A stretch of 64,000 nucleotides of DNA from a virus (taxonomy: Duplodnaviria; Caudoviricetes), in IMG/VR virus record IMGVR_UViG_3300034170_000089, positions 1,094 to 65,093 of that record; one strand, 5' to 3'. Of this stretch, positions 17,614-26,635 are shown one piece after another. Below the pieces are notes generated by a model. The model saw only the letters and a list, made by a program, of their open reading frames with translations. It did no database searches and was not told where the DNA came from. Position numbers and translations under genes: made by a program. Each line of letters starts with the position of its first letter. The stretch's first letter is position 1.

Positions 17614-19005
17614 ATGCGCCGTCTTCTGCTGTGCGTCGCCGTCCTCGCCCCGCTCGCCGCGTTGGCGGACTACGTCTGCCGCGCCAAGCCGGCGGCGACC
17701 ACGAAGCTGATTGTGTCGATCACCCACGACGACACCGATGACAACCAGTACACGACCGCGGCCCCAATCCTAGAAGCGCACGGGATGCGCGCCACGTTCT
17801 ACGTCAACATTGGCCGGCTGATGCCCGAGACTGCGAACCAGGGTTACATGGTTCTGTCGCAGGTCCTGGATCTGGAGAGTCGCGGGTTCGATTTGGGGAT
17901 CCACGGTCTGGACCACCAGAGCGACCTGATCACGCTGATCCCGCTCGACAAGATGAAGCGCGAACTCTGCGACTCGCGGACGGAGGCGCTAATGATGGGT
18001 ATGCACCCAAAGTCATTCGCGTATCCAAACGGCCTATACGACGACTACACCCGAAGCCTGGCCTACTCCTGCGGCTACAACACGGCCCGTTCCGTAGGGG
18101 CTACCGAGATCACGGCGTCTGGCCCCTACTACGAGACCATCCCGCCACTGGACACGTACGCGATCAGGGCGCCGAGTTCGTTCGAGGCCCCCGCATCCAC
18201 GCTCTCTGTGCTCCAGGGTTACGTAACCCGAGCCGAGGCCGCGGCAGTGAGCGCAGGCAAGGTCGGCTGGCTCGTTATGAATTTTCACAACGTGTGCGCT
18301 GACTATACGTTGTGCCCCGGCGGGCAGATCAACCACACGATCGATGCCGCGACGTACACGGCATTCCTCGACTGGCTCCAGCCGCGCGCGGCCTCGGGGA
18401 CGATCGTGAAGACCGTCTCGGAGACGTTCGGAGGCGCGCTCAAGGCGGGCGTATCGAGCGGAACTCCGCCCCTGATCCTCGGCGACATGGAGTCCTATCT
18501 GGGTGGCGCGACCAGCGCCCCCGACTGCTGGCTCCGATACCAGAGCGGCACCAGCACTGGGACCTGGAGCAGGGTGACGGGCCTTTCCGGCATCGGCTAC
18601 GCGCAACAGGTGGTGATGTCGGCATGGAACTCGGGAGCAGCCTGGGTGCTGCGGCAGAACGACAGTTCAAGCGACTACCGGTCATGCACAACCCAGGTCA
18701 CTCCCGGCCGGAGCTACACGCTCTCCTGCTCGTACAAGTCGGACGTGCCGGTACGTCTGCACCTCTACCACCGCGACGCGACCACGGGGGCCTGGCTGAC
18801 GCTCTCCACAACCGCGACGTCGCCGGCAGCGCCCACTTCTCCGTCCACCATCAGCTACACCCTGACCGCGCCCGGTTCCGGGTTCGTAGACCGGACCCTG
18901 TCGTTCGGCCTCGAGATCACCAGCGTCTGTGCGACTGGGTGCCTCAACGGCAACAGCACCGGGACCATGATCGTCGACGACTGCACGGTCGTGGACAACG
19001 GATGA
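17614..19005 (+). CDS. Exported polysaccharide deacetylase (CE4/NodB) with C-terminal CBM-like domain
   Basis: Signal peptide; ITHDD, ATFYV, HGLDH, FAYPNG, NFHNV motifs; VTPGRSYTLSCSYKS jelly-roll-like tail. Confidence 0.85.
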   Translation: MRRLLLCVAVLAPLAALADYVCRAKPAATTKLIVSITHDDTDDNQYTTAAPILEAHGMRATFYVNIGRLMPETANQGYMVLSQVLDLESRGFDLGIHGLDHQSDLITLIPLDKMKRELCDSRTEALMMGMHPKSFAYPNGLYDDYTRSLAYSCGYNTARSVGATEITASGPYYETIPPLDTYAIRAPSSFEAPASTLSVLQGYVTRAEAAAVSAGKVGWLVMNFHNVCADYTLCPGGQINHTIDAATYTAFLDWLQPRAASGTIVKTVSETFGGALKAGVSSGTPPLILGDMESYLGGATSAPDCWLRYQSGTSTGTWSRVTGLSGIGYAQQVVMSAWNSGAAWVLRQNDSSSDYRSCTTQVTPGRSYTLSCSYKSDVPVRLHLYHRDATTGAWLTLSTTATSPAAPTSPSTISYTLTAPGSGFVDRTLSFGLEITSVCATGCLNGNSTGTMIVDDCTVVDNG

Positions 19006-19012
19006 GGTGACT

Positions 19013-21706
19013 ATGCGTAGAATACTCCTCGCCCTTCTTCTTGCTGCTCCGGTCGCCCGCGCCGCGGTCCCGACCGTCCGGATCACCGGCAACCAGCTCC
19101 TCCCGGACGGCTCGGCGCCGGCGGGGGGGACCATCACCTGCTCGCTGTCCCAGCCCGGGAGTGTGCCGGACGGGGTGATCGGTTCCTCTCAACGGGTGGC
19201 GGCCGAGGCGACCTTCACCCTGGCCAACGGCGGCGCGCTCCCGAGCACGGCCGCCCTCGTGCCCAACGACGCGATCACCCCTGGCCCGAACCTTACGACC
19301 TACGCCTGCGCGTTCCGCCTCCAGCTCCTGAACGGGCGCCAGGCCACGCCGTGGACCGAACGGTGGAGCATCTCGAGCTCGCCCAGCACCATCTCGATCG
19401 GCGCGATCACTCGCGTGGCGCAACCAGGTACGGCGGTGTTCGTCGCGGGACCGAAGGGCGATTCGGGCGTCGTTCCGCCGGTCACCACCTCCGATTACTT
19501 CGACCCGGCCGCGGCAGTCGCGGCCATGCGGGTGACGAGCGGCACCTACTCCGGCGGCTATCTGGTGGCACCGAACGGTTATCTGAACGTGTACTTTGCG
19601 GCGCTCGGCCTCCGGAGCTTCGTCACGGATCAGCCAGCCCAGGTCCAGGCGTTCCTCGACTTGGTCCTCGACAACCTGGTGAAGGTCAACGACGGGAGCC
19701 GCGGCCAGTACACGATCTATGACGTGGATGGGATGCAGACGACGCCCGTTCTGCGCGACCCGGACAGCAACGACAGCTACGCCGCAGTCGTGAACCTGCT
19801 CGCCTACGAGTACGCGAAGACGAACGGCAGTTGGGCGTGGTACTCGGGCCGCGCCGCGTTGCTGAAAAACATCGCCTACTACAACATTGCGACGGCGCGA
19901 AAGACCACCGCCAACGCCCCAGGGTTCGGCATGGCCCGGACCTTCCAGACGTCGGCGTGGGGCTCCTACTACAACGTCTGCCTGACCGAGGACAATGCGG
20001 AGGTCTACGCAGGGCTCGACGCGCTTTCCAAGGGCCTCGCGCAGATCGGCGACACGGACAGTTCGTACTACGCGGCCACTAGGGACGGCGTCGCGGCCGG
20101 GATGCACAACGCGACGTGGGGCACCTGGGACGATACCAATCGTCAATGGCTCATCAGCGACGCGCGCGCGCCGCTCGGGACCGCGTTTTACCCGGACGCG
20201 GTCACTCAAATCTTCGCGGAGACCTACGGCGTCCCCTCGGGCAATGCCGCGACCGATCGGCAGCGATACGACTGGGCGTGGTCGAAGCTCAACGCGCTGG
20301 CGCCGGGATGGTATCAGCACGCCAGCAACGACTTTCCGTGGTTGCAGCTCGGGTACGTGGCCGCACTGCGGGGAGCGTCGGACATGGCGGTTGGTCAACT
20401 GGCCCTGGCCCGGAATGCGTTCACCGCGGCCAAGCGGTCGATCCACGAGTGCGGCTGGTACCGCGGAATCGAGCGCATCTTGGCGGCCCGGGATGTATCG
20501 ATCGCTGGGGCTCGGTCTGCGGTGGCCCTCAACGGCACCACCTCGACGCCCCTCGTCGCGACCCCTGCGGCGGCCAACGACCCCAACGCCTACGGCATGT
20601 CCGTCACCACCTCCACCGCCTCGGTGGGCGGGAGCACCGCGGGCGGCACGGACCGCGCCTTGTCTGCCTGGAACGCATTCGCCTTCGCGCCGTCCTCATC
20701 CACGACGGGTGGAGTGTCGATCCGACTGAAAAAGGGCGCTTCAGTGGCGGACGGAGGCTCCGTCTCGGCCTACATCTACAGCGACAACGCAGGGGTGCCC
20801 GGGTCCGACATCTCCATGATCAACACCGGACTCCCGAGCACGACCGGGCTGCCGACGATCATCGGCACGTCGGAGATCGGGGCCTCCTACGCCAACCTCC
20901 CATTCAGAATCCCCAAGGTAGGTCTAACCGTGAACGGTATCTACTGGATCGTTCTCAAGACCTCGGGGATCTCGGGGGGCTCGCTCTACATCGACTCGGC
21001 GGCGGCTGGCGGGAATTTCGCGGCCAGCGCCCCCGACTCCGGCGGCGCGCCCGGCGCATGGACCACGTCCGCCTTCACCGGATCCATGTCGGTGAGCGGC
21101 TCGACGGGCCGCGGCGTCTACTCCTACTCCCCGGACGGACACTCGGTGGAGGCTTTCTCGGACACCGGCATCCCGATCTATGGCCGCGTCCAATACGGCG
21201 GGATCGCGGTGAAGGGCGACGCAGTAGGCAGCGGGATCGGCGTCGGAGGAACCTCCTACAACGGCATCGGGTCGCGCGGATCGTCGAACCTGGGACTTGC
21301 CGGACAGTTCATCTCGCTGGGCAACTATGGCGCGCAAATCCAGGGCACCGGCGGCGCGCAGCTTGTCGCCACGAGCGCCGGAGCGCCGGCCATGCAGGGC
21401 GTGAACACGGCCGGCGGCAACCTCTGGCAGGGGCTCGACTCGACCGCCAGCTACGCCAACACGTCGCAGATCGACAGCCACGGAAATACCTACCTGGCGG
21501 GCTCCTGGCTGGGGGCGGCGACCACGCTCGGGACGTGCGGCACGACGGACCCAGTCCACACCCTCCGGTTCGTGACGGGATCCGGGTCTACTCCAAGCAA
21601 GATCTGTTACTGCTCGTTTACTCCGACCGGCTCCGTATACGCCTGGGTCTCGCTCACGAAGAATAGCGCCGGCACCGGCATCGGCACCACCACCACCTGC
21701 CCCTGA
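19013..21706 (+). CDS. Large exported multidomain tail-spike-like protein
   Basis: MRRILLALLLAAPVARA signal; fibre-type N-domain (LVPNDAITP); helical Trp/Tyr-rich domain (DSNDSYAA, EDNAEVYAGL, FYPD); Gly-rich beta-repeats. Confidence 0.75.
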   Translation: MRRILLALLLAAPVARAAVPTVRITGNQLLPDGSAPAGGTITCSLSQPGSVPDGVIGSSQRVAAEATFTLANGGALPSTAALVPNDAITPGPNLTTYACAFRLQLLNGRQATPWTERWSISSSPSTISIGAITRVAQPGTAVFVAGPKGDSGVVPPVTTSDYFDPAAAVAAMRVTSGTYSGGYLVAPNGYLNVYFAALGLRSFVTDQPAQVQAFLDLVLDNLVKVNDGSRGQYTIYDVDGMQTTPVLRDPDSNDSYAAVVNLLAYEYAKTNGSWAWYSGRAALLKNIAYYNIATARKTTANAPGFGMARTFQTSAWGSYYNVCLTEDNAEVYAGLDALSKGLAQIGDTDSSYYAATRDGVAAGMHNATWGTWDDTNRQWLISDARAPLGTAFYPDAVTQIFAETYGVPSGNAATDRQRYDWAWSKLNALAPGWYQHASNDFPWLQLGYVAALRGASDMAVGQLALARNAFTAAKRSIHECGWYRGIERILAARDVSIAGARSAVALNGTTSTPLVATPAAANDPNAYGMSVTTSTASVGGSTAGGTDRALSAWNAFAFAPSSSTTGGVSIRLKKGASVADGGSVSAYIYSDNAGVPGSDISMINTGLPSTTGLPTIIGTSEIGASYANLPFRIPKVGLTVNGIYWIVLKTSGISGGSLYIDSAAAGGNFAASAPDSGGAPGAWTTSAFTGSMSVSGSTGRGVYSYSPDGHSVEAFSDTGIPIYGRVQYGGIAVKGDAVGSGIGVGGTSYNGIGSRGSSNLGLAGQFISLGNYGAQIQGTGGAQLVATSAGAPAMQGVNTAGGNLWQGLDSTASYANTSQIDSHGNTYLAGSWLGAATTLGTCGTTDPVHTLRFVTGSGSTPSKICYCSFTPTGSVYAWVSLTKNSAGTGIGTTTTCP

Positions 21707-21715
21707 GGAGCGACC

Positions 21716-22108
21716 ATGAGTGACCCTCTTCCCAGCGTGACGGTGGTAATCAATGGACAGCCGCCGGACGTGGCGGACGTCCTCGGCGACGTGACGCGCC
21801 TGCTGGTCGAGAACCTGAACGGCCAGGCCCTGGGCATGCTCCAGGCCGCGATCACCGACCAGGTCATGCCGGCAATCAAGAGCCAGCTCGGCGCGGCGGT
21901 CGCCACCGTGATCGCCGATTTCCAGGCCAACGGGTGGCCCGAGGTCGACCGCCGGGGCCAGCTCACCGGCAAGAAGACCACCCTCTCGGCGATCGTCACC
22001 ACCTGGCTCCTGCGCACGTTCGGCGGGCCGGACGCGCTCGACCCGTACCCGTCCCCGGACAGCGCGGCCGTGGAGCCCGCACCCTCAACGACAGGAGCCG
22101 CAACGTGA
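21716..22108 (+). CDS. Hypothetical protein
   Basis: RBS GAGGAG, coupled to neighbours. Confidence 0.65.
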   Translation: MSDPLPSVTVVINGQPPDVADVLGDVTRLLVENLNGQALGMLQAAITDQVMPAIKSQLGAAVATVIADFQANGWPEVDRRGQLTGKKTTLSAIVTTWLLRTFGGPDALDPYPSPDSAAVEPAPSTTGAAT

Positions 22109-22494
22109 CCGCCAAGAAGCACCTCGGCCTCACCTGGATGGAGTGGTTCATGCTGGGGATCGCCGCGGTGGCGCTGACCGCGGAGATCGTCGCCTTCGTG
22201 CAGGACCCGTCGCTCACGATCTCGGACACCATCCGGCGGGACTCGCGGCGCTGGCTCTGGGAGGCGTACCTCTTCGGTCTGCTGCCCGGTCACTTCTTCG
22301 CGCCGGCCATCAACTGGCGCCGCTTCGGCTGGCAGGACCGGCCCTGGATCTTCCCCGTCCTCTGGATCCTCACGGCCGCTGCAGTGGTCGCGCGGGATGT
22401 GTTCGTGGGCGGACAGGTTAGCCAATGGTGGACGCTCTGGGTAGCGCTCGGCGCGTTCGCCGAGGGCGCGATCCTGTGGAACCAGGGAGACTGA
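22105..22494 (+). CDS. Membrane protein, holin candidate
   Basis: GTGA overlap; 3-4 hydrophobic helices. Confidence 0.6.
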   Translation: MTAKKHLGLTWMEWFMLGIAAVALTAEIVAFVQDPSLTISDTIRRDSRRWLWEAYLFGLLPGHFFAPAINWRRFGWQDRPWIFPVLWILTAAAVVARDVFVGGQVSQWWTLWVALGAFAEGAILWNQGD

Positions 22495-22496
22495 CG

Positions 22497-22772
22497 GTGC
22501 GACGGGCGACCATCCTCGCGGCGCTGGGGCTCGTCTCCTGCCTGCATCGCGAGGCAGGCCCGATCGTGGTCAACACGGTCACGTTCTGCCAGGCCGCACG
22601 CCGCCGCCTACCGCCACCTCCCGATGAACCGGAGATCGCCTGGATGTCGGTGGAGTGCCCGAGCAGGTTCGGCGCCTGCCTCTCCGGAGCAGATGCCAAG
22701 AGCATGCTCGACTACATGAGGGCAGTGAACAAATGGAAACGGGCGGTCGCCCTAGCCGAGGTCCAACGATGA
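22497..22772 (+). CDS. Small lipoprotein, o-spanin candidate
   Basis: MRRATILAALGLVSC lipobox; Pro-rich stretch and additional cysteines. Confidence 0.55.
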   Translation: MRRATILAALGLVSCLHREAGPIVVNTVTFCQAARRRLPPPPDEPEIAWMSVECPSRFGACLSGADAKSMLDYMRAVNKWKRAVALAEVQR

Positions 22773-23155
22773 CTCCTCCGAGGCAAGAGCCCGAGTCCCT
22801 CGCCGGCAAGGCGCTCGAAGCGCTCTCCGGCGGGAAGCGTCGGTCGGACAGTGCATGGGCGCTCGGCAAGACGATCGCCCTGCTCGGGGCGACGATGTCC
22901 ACGCTCGGCACGGTGATCTACCTGATCCTGCGCGTCCTGGCCGGTCAGATGGAGGCGAACAACCGGCTCGTGGAGAAGATCGCCGACCAGTGGAGCCGTG
23001 ACCAGCAGGCGAACCGAGAAGCGCAGGAGCGGCTCGGGACGCGGCTCGACGCGATGACCCTGGAGTTCCAGGGTCTGTCGGCGACGCTCCGGGCTGTGGC
23101 GTACATCTCGCGCGGCGCGGACGCGCCCCAGCGTCAAGGGAGGCATACGCCATGA
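22769..23155 (+). CDS. Single-pass membrane protein with coiled coil (holin or i-spanin candidate)
   Basis: One TM helix followed by a heptad-like segment; ATGA overlaps. Confidence 0.55.
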   Translation: MTPPRQEPESLAGKALEALSGGKRRSDSAWALGKTIALLGATMSTLGTVIYLILRVLAGQMEANNRLVEKIADQWSRDQQANREAQERLGTRLDAMTLEFQGLSATLRAVAYISRGADAPQRQGRHTP

Positions 23156-24018
23156 TCGCAGCCCTGGCGGCTCTCGTTCTCTCGGCGACGGACCTGTGGG
23201 GCGTGCAGGAGATCCGGCCTACGATCGCGGGCGGTCGGGAGTGGTTCCTCCCCGAGACGGCGGACGCGCCCGATGCTACCTGGCGGCCCGAGAGCGCCGC
23301 GGTCCTGCGGATACCTGGGGGCTGGCACACGTGCGGCGCGACGACGAACGGGGAGACCCGGCTCAACGTGACCTCTCCGGCTGGCGCCGCATGGTGGCGC
23401 AACGTGGAGGCGACGGCGTACGCTCGACGATTCGCCCTGGAGCCGGCCAGCACCCAGCGACCCCACGTCGAGCTGGTGGTTCGGGGCGAGCGGCACTCGG
23501 CGATCCCCTTCGCGCCCAGCGCCTACAACCTCGGCGTGCCAGCTCCAGCCGGTACCGTCACGCCGCCGGGATGGCCCTGGGCCACCGAGGCGACCGTCAA
23601 CCCGCACTGCGCGGGAACCGGGTATCACGCGAATTTCTACGATGGCCAGGTGCTGTTCGAAAAGGAGCTCTCGCACTCCGAAGGCTACGGCTCCCAGCGC
23701 GGCTCCGTGAGCGTCCCAGGGCTCTCGCTCGACAACTGGAACGGTTTCAAGGCGCTCGCCTACAACTCACTCGACGGGGCTGCGGTCCACCTCGAGGCGT
23801 GGGTCGACCTCGGCGCCACGGGGACATGGACCAAGGTCGCCAGCGTCACCGACACCACCGGATGGCCCGCGACCACGCTGGAGGGCTGCGACGCGGCGCC
23901 GTACGGTTACTCCAGGTCGATGCCGATCACGTGGGCTGGCCCGTGGGTGCTCTTCCGCGCGGACGCGATGGCGCTGGATTTCCGGTGGCTCTCGGTCCGA
24001 GAGATCGCGCCGAGGTAG
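23152..24018 (+). CDS. Exported Trp-rich beta protein (lectin/lyase-like)
   Basis: Short signal MIAALAALVLSA; GGREWF, WRNVEAT, FEKELSH, ITWAGP, LSVREI motifs. Confidence 0.65.
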   Translation: MIAALAALVLSATDLWGVQEIRPTIAGGREWFLPETADAPDATWRPESAAVLRIPGGWHTCGATTNGETRLNVTSPAGAAWWRNVEATAYARRFALEPASTQRPHVELVVRGERHSAIPFAPSAYNLGVPAPAGTVTPPGWPWATEATVNPHCAGTGYHANFYDGQVLFEKELSHSEGYGSQRGSVSVPGLSLDNWNGFKALAYNSLDGAAVHLEAWVDLGATGTWTKVASVTDTTGWPATTLEGCDAAPYGYSRSMPITWAGPWVLFRADAMALDFRWLSVREIAPR

Positions 24019-24019
24019 G

Positions 24020-24550
24020 TCAGGGCAGAACCGCGGCGATCCTGCGGAGGATCTCGAGGTCCAGGGTGACGAGCGCGCGGCCGTCCTCGGCGCGGAGGGG
24101 GGCGAGTTGGATCTCCCGCAGCAGCGCGACGACGGGCGCTTCGGCTGCGCGCCGGTCACCGAGCGCCGGATAGGCCATCTCGTTGGCGCAGGCGTAGCCG
24201 AGGCGCGGGTACCAGTGGTTCAGGATGGCGTCGCGACTGGAGCGGAGCCGCTCGTTCTCACTGATCAGCTCGGAACGGTCGGCGAGGAGGGCGGGAAGGG
24301 TGTTCCTGGCTGTGGCGACGAGCTGAGCGTCTTGCTGAGAGTGAACGGTAGCAAGCTGGGTTGGCTCGGCCGAGCTGTTCTGGGCGCGCCGCAGATCGAT
24401 GGCGTCCTGGCTAACGATCCGGAAGACGCTGCTGGTCCGGTTCGGCCCGAACACGAGATCTTCGCGCCTGACCCACCACGTGCTCGGGGTCGCGTCTCCG
24501 AGTCGCTGCTCCAGTTCCTTGATGGTCTTCGGGTCGATCACCAGAGTCAT
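24020..24550 (-). CDS. Ead/Ea22-like protein
   Basis: TPSTW...DAQLVATARNTLPALL..SENERLR pattern. Confidence 0.6.
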   Translation of the reverse strand: MTLVIDPKTIKELEQRLGDATPSTWWVRREDLVFGPNRTSSVFRIVSQDAIDLRRAQNSSAEPTQLATVHSQQDAQLVATARNTLPALLADRSELISENERLRSSRDAILNHWYPRLGYACANEMAYPALGDRRAAEAPVVALLREIQLAPLRAEDGRALVTLDLEILRRIAAVLP

Positions 24551-24888
24551 CCTTTCAGAGACGCAGCGATTCGGCAGTCCTGGGCGTGACCTCGGAAGTG
24601 GCCGCCGGCGATGTGATCTTCTCGGACCTCAGGCAGCCACGCATCCCAGGCGGCCGGATCGTGCCCGTGGCAGACATCGCACTGATCGGATAGGCCATTC
24701 CACTGGATCTCCCGCAGAAGCGCGAGGTGCTCTTTGCGCTCGTCCAGGAGGGCGGGAACAGCGTCGCGCGCGAGCGTACGGAGATCGTGCCGCAGCAGAC
24801 CCTCGCGCCCCTCGATGAACTCGCCCCGGTCCCATTGCACCAGGGCCGTCCATTTCGCGTGATCCTTCGGGTCGATCGCCATGGTCAT
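24547..24888 (-). CDS. Ea22-like paralog with CxxC/H/C motif
   Basis: ARDAVPALLDER, CDVC, HAQDC. Confidence 0.6.
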   Translation of the reverse strand: MTMAIDPKDHAKWTALVQWDRGEFIEGREGLLRHDLRTLARDAVPALLDERKEHLALLREIQWNGLSDQCDVCHGHDPAAWDAWLPEVREDHIAGGHFRGHAQDCRIAASLKG

Positions 24889-25268
24889 CCCCTCAGGAAC
24901 GCGGCGAGGAGGCAGCCCGAATCGTGGCTGATCCTGGCCCTATTGAGCGCGAGCGACTCACGCATGGCGGGGGTCCAGTCCTCGGAGGGCCGAATTCCTC
25001 CGCAGTTCGGGCAGGCGGACACCAGCAGCGCGCCGGGATAGCTGAGCTTCACGCTCCACTCTAGGTCCCGCAGTAGCGCGAGCATCCTGACGCGCTCGGC
25101 GAGGAGGGCGGGGATCGCCTCGCGGGCGATGGCGCAGCCGGCATTAAGAGTCGCGGCGAGGTTCTTGGCGTCCATCGGGACGCGCTGCGCCGCGAGTGCA
25201 TCCATCGCTTCCAGTGTCTCCCATGCGAGCCCTCTCCACTCCTCGATCGTCTTCTGGTCGATCGGCAT
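24885..25268 (-). CDS. Ea22-like paralog with CxxC/H/C motif
   Basis: AREAIPALLAER, CPNC, HDSGC. Confidence 0.6.
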   Translation of the reverse strand: MPIDQKTIEEWRGLAWETLEAMDALAAQRVPMDAKNLAATLNAGCAIAREAIPALLAERVRMLALLRDLEWSVKLSYPGALLVSACPNCGGIRPSEDWTPAMRESLALNRARISHDSGCLLAAFLRG

Positions 25269-25270
25269 CG

Positions 25271-25582
25271 TCACTTCCTCCGCGTCAAGGTGGCGCGCGC
25301 CTGGCAGGGTGCGCACCAGGTGATCGGGTCCGGGGACCGCGGGTCTTCGGGGCAGGGAGGGGCGCTGAATTCGCAGGGCCTACGCGACCAGGCCTCGACC
25401 AGCAAGCGCAGTCTCCGAAGCTCCTCGTGTACCGAGAGCATCTCTACGTGGTCAGCGAGAAGCGAGCGAAGCGCTGCGTCGTCCTCGTCGCGGCCCGGAT
25501 CTCCTGCGGAGCCCCGGGTCTCCTCCTGGCGGCTCACCGGAGGAAGGATCACGTCAGGCATGCCCTTGTAGTCGATCGGCAT
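25271..25582 (-). CDS. Hypothetical protein
   Basis: Starts MPID like its neighbour; C-terminal cysteines. Confidence 0.55.
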   Translation of the reverse strand: MPIDYKGMPDVILPPVSRQEETRGSAGDPGRDEDDAALRSLLADHVEMLSVHEELRRLRLLVEAWSRRPCEFSAPPCPEDPRSPDPITWCAPCQARATLTRRK

Positions 25583-25584
25583 CG

Positions 25585-25833
25585 TTACTCCTCGAGTCGC
25601 TTCGCGGGCGTCACGTCCACGGTCTGGATGCTCGCGGGAGGAGCCGTAAACGGAAGCGCGCACAGCTCCGCCCAGTTCGGCGCCGGGTCGGAGAGCCCGA
25701 CCCCCAGGCGCTGGTTGAGGTCCCGGTACGCTATACGCTCCTGCACCGCGGCGATCTTAGCTCGGACTCGCGCCACGTCATCCCGGCAAGGGGGCGCGGA
25801 TAGAACGACGGCGGCGATCAGTGCGGTCAGCAT
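25585..25833 (-). CDS. Small signal-peptide protein
   Basis: RBS AGAGGAG; MLTALIAAVVLSA. Confidence 0.6.
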   Translation of the reverse strand: MLTALIAAVVLSAPPCRDDVARVRAKIAAVQERIAYRDLNQRLGVGLSDPAPNWAELCALPFTAPPASIQTVDVTPAKRLEE

Positions 25834-25862
25834 GCGGTGTCTCCTCTGGTCGTTGGACAGGG

Positions 25863-26204
25863 CTACTCGGCGGATCCGACTCCTCCGTTGCCGCCGAGGG
25901 GCGGGGCGCCGGGCCGGTAGAACTGCACGATCTCGTCCTTGGTCAGCTCGGTCTCACCGTCTCCGGCCCGGTTGCACGCGAGAAGTCCGGCGAGGTCGTC
26001 GTTCATGGCGCTGCACCCGGTGGCCTCGACGCGGGCGAGCCGATCCGGGAGCTGGCGCAGGCCCTCGTCCCCGTACCGGTTCCGAATGTACTCCTGGAGT
26101 TCCTCCAGCGTCATGCCGCAGGAGACCGGCGCATCGACGATGGTGGACCACTCCAGGTAAAACGGCGTCCCTTCATGCTCCAGCTTCACGATGTAGCTCG
26201 GCAT
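25863..26204 (-). CDS. Hypothetical phage protein
   Basis: RBS AGAGGAG; YLEWSTIVDAP...NRAGDGE. Confidence 0.65.
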   Translation of the reverse strand: MPSYIVKLEHEGTPFYLEWSTIVDAPVSCGMTLEELQEYIRNRYGDEGLRQLPDRLARVEATGCSAMNDDLAGLLACNRAGDGETELTKDEIVQFYRPGAPPLGGNGGVGSAE

Positions 26205-26248
26205 CGTCTCTCCTCTGCGCGTCCCGGGTGAGCGGGACGGCGGGGTGG

Positions 26249-26617
26249 TCAGGGAATGATCTTCGGCGGCTTGTACGAGGCCATGGTGCTGTACTGGAGG
26301 AAGCGCAGGGTGTCGAGCGGGTCCGGCGGCGCGATCTCCATGGGTGGCGCCGCGCGGATGAGCCGCTCCAGCTCGTCCCGCGGGTCGGGTAGGTGGATCG
26401 CGTAGACGCACGGGTCGCCGTCTCGGTCTTTCGCTGTAGGCCAGGTCACGAGGAGATCGGTTTCCTTACGTACCTCCTGCCCGGTCGGCGTCTGCCGGAT
26501 CGTCGGGGTCTCGACGCGGACCTCCACACCCAGGAACGAGCGGCGCAGGGTGGCGCCCTTGGGAGCGGCCTCGATGAATGCGTCGAACAGAGCGTCTACC
26601 GGGTTGCGCGTGGCCAT
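26249..26617 (-). CDS. Hypothetical protein
   Basis: ATG with RBS, in leftward operon. Confidence 0.6.
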   Translation of the reverse strand: MATRNPVDALFDAFIEAAPKGATLRRSFLGVEVRVETPTIRQTPTGQEVRKETDLLVTWPTAKDRDGDPCVYAIHLPDPRDELERLIRAAPPMEIAPPDPLDTLRFLQYSTMASYKPPKIIP

Positions 26618-26635
26618 GGGTCTCGGTCCTCTCGG

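Noticed and set aside
11226-24018. Diversity-generating retroelement or shufflon acting on fibre genes
   Set aside because: No reverse transcriptase, no TR/VR pair and no repeated crossover sites or alternative fibre tips seen
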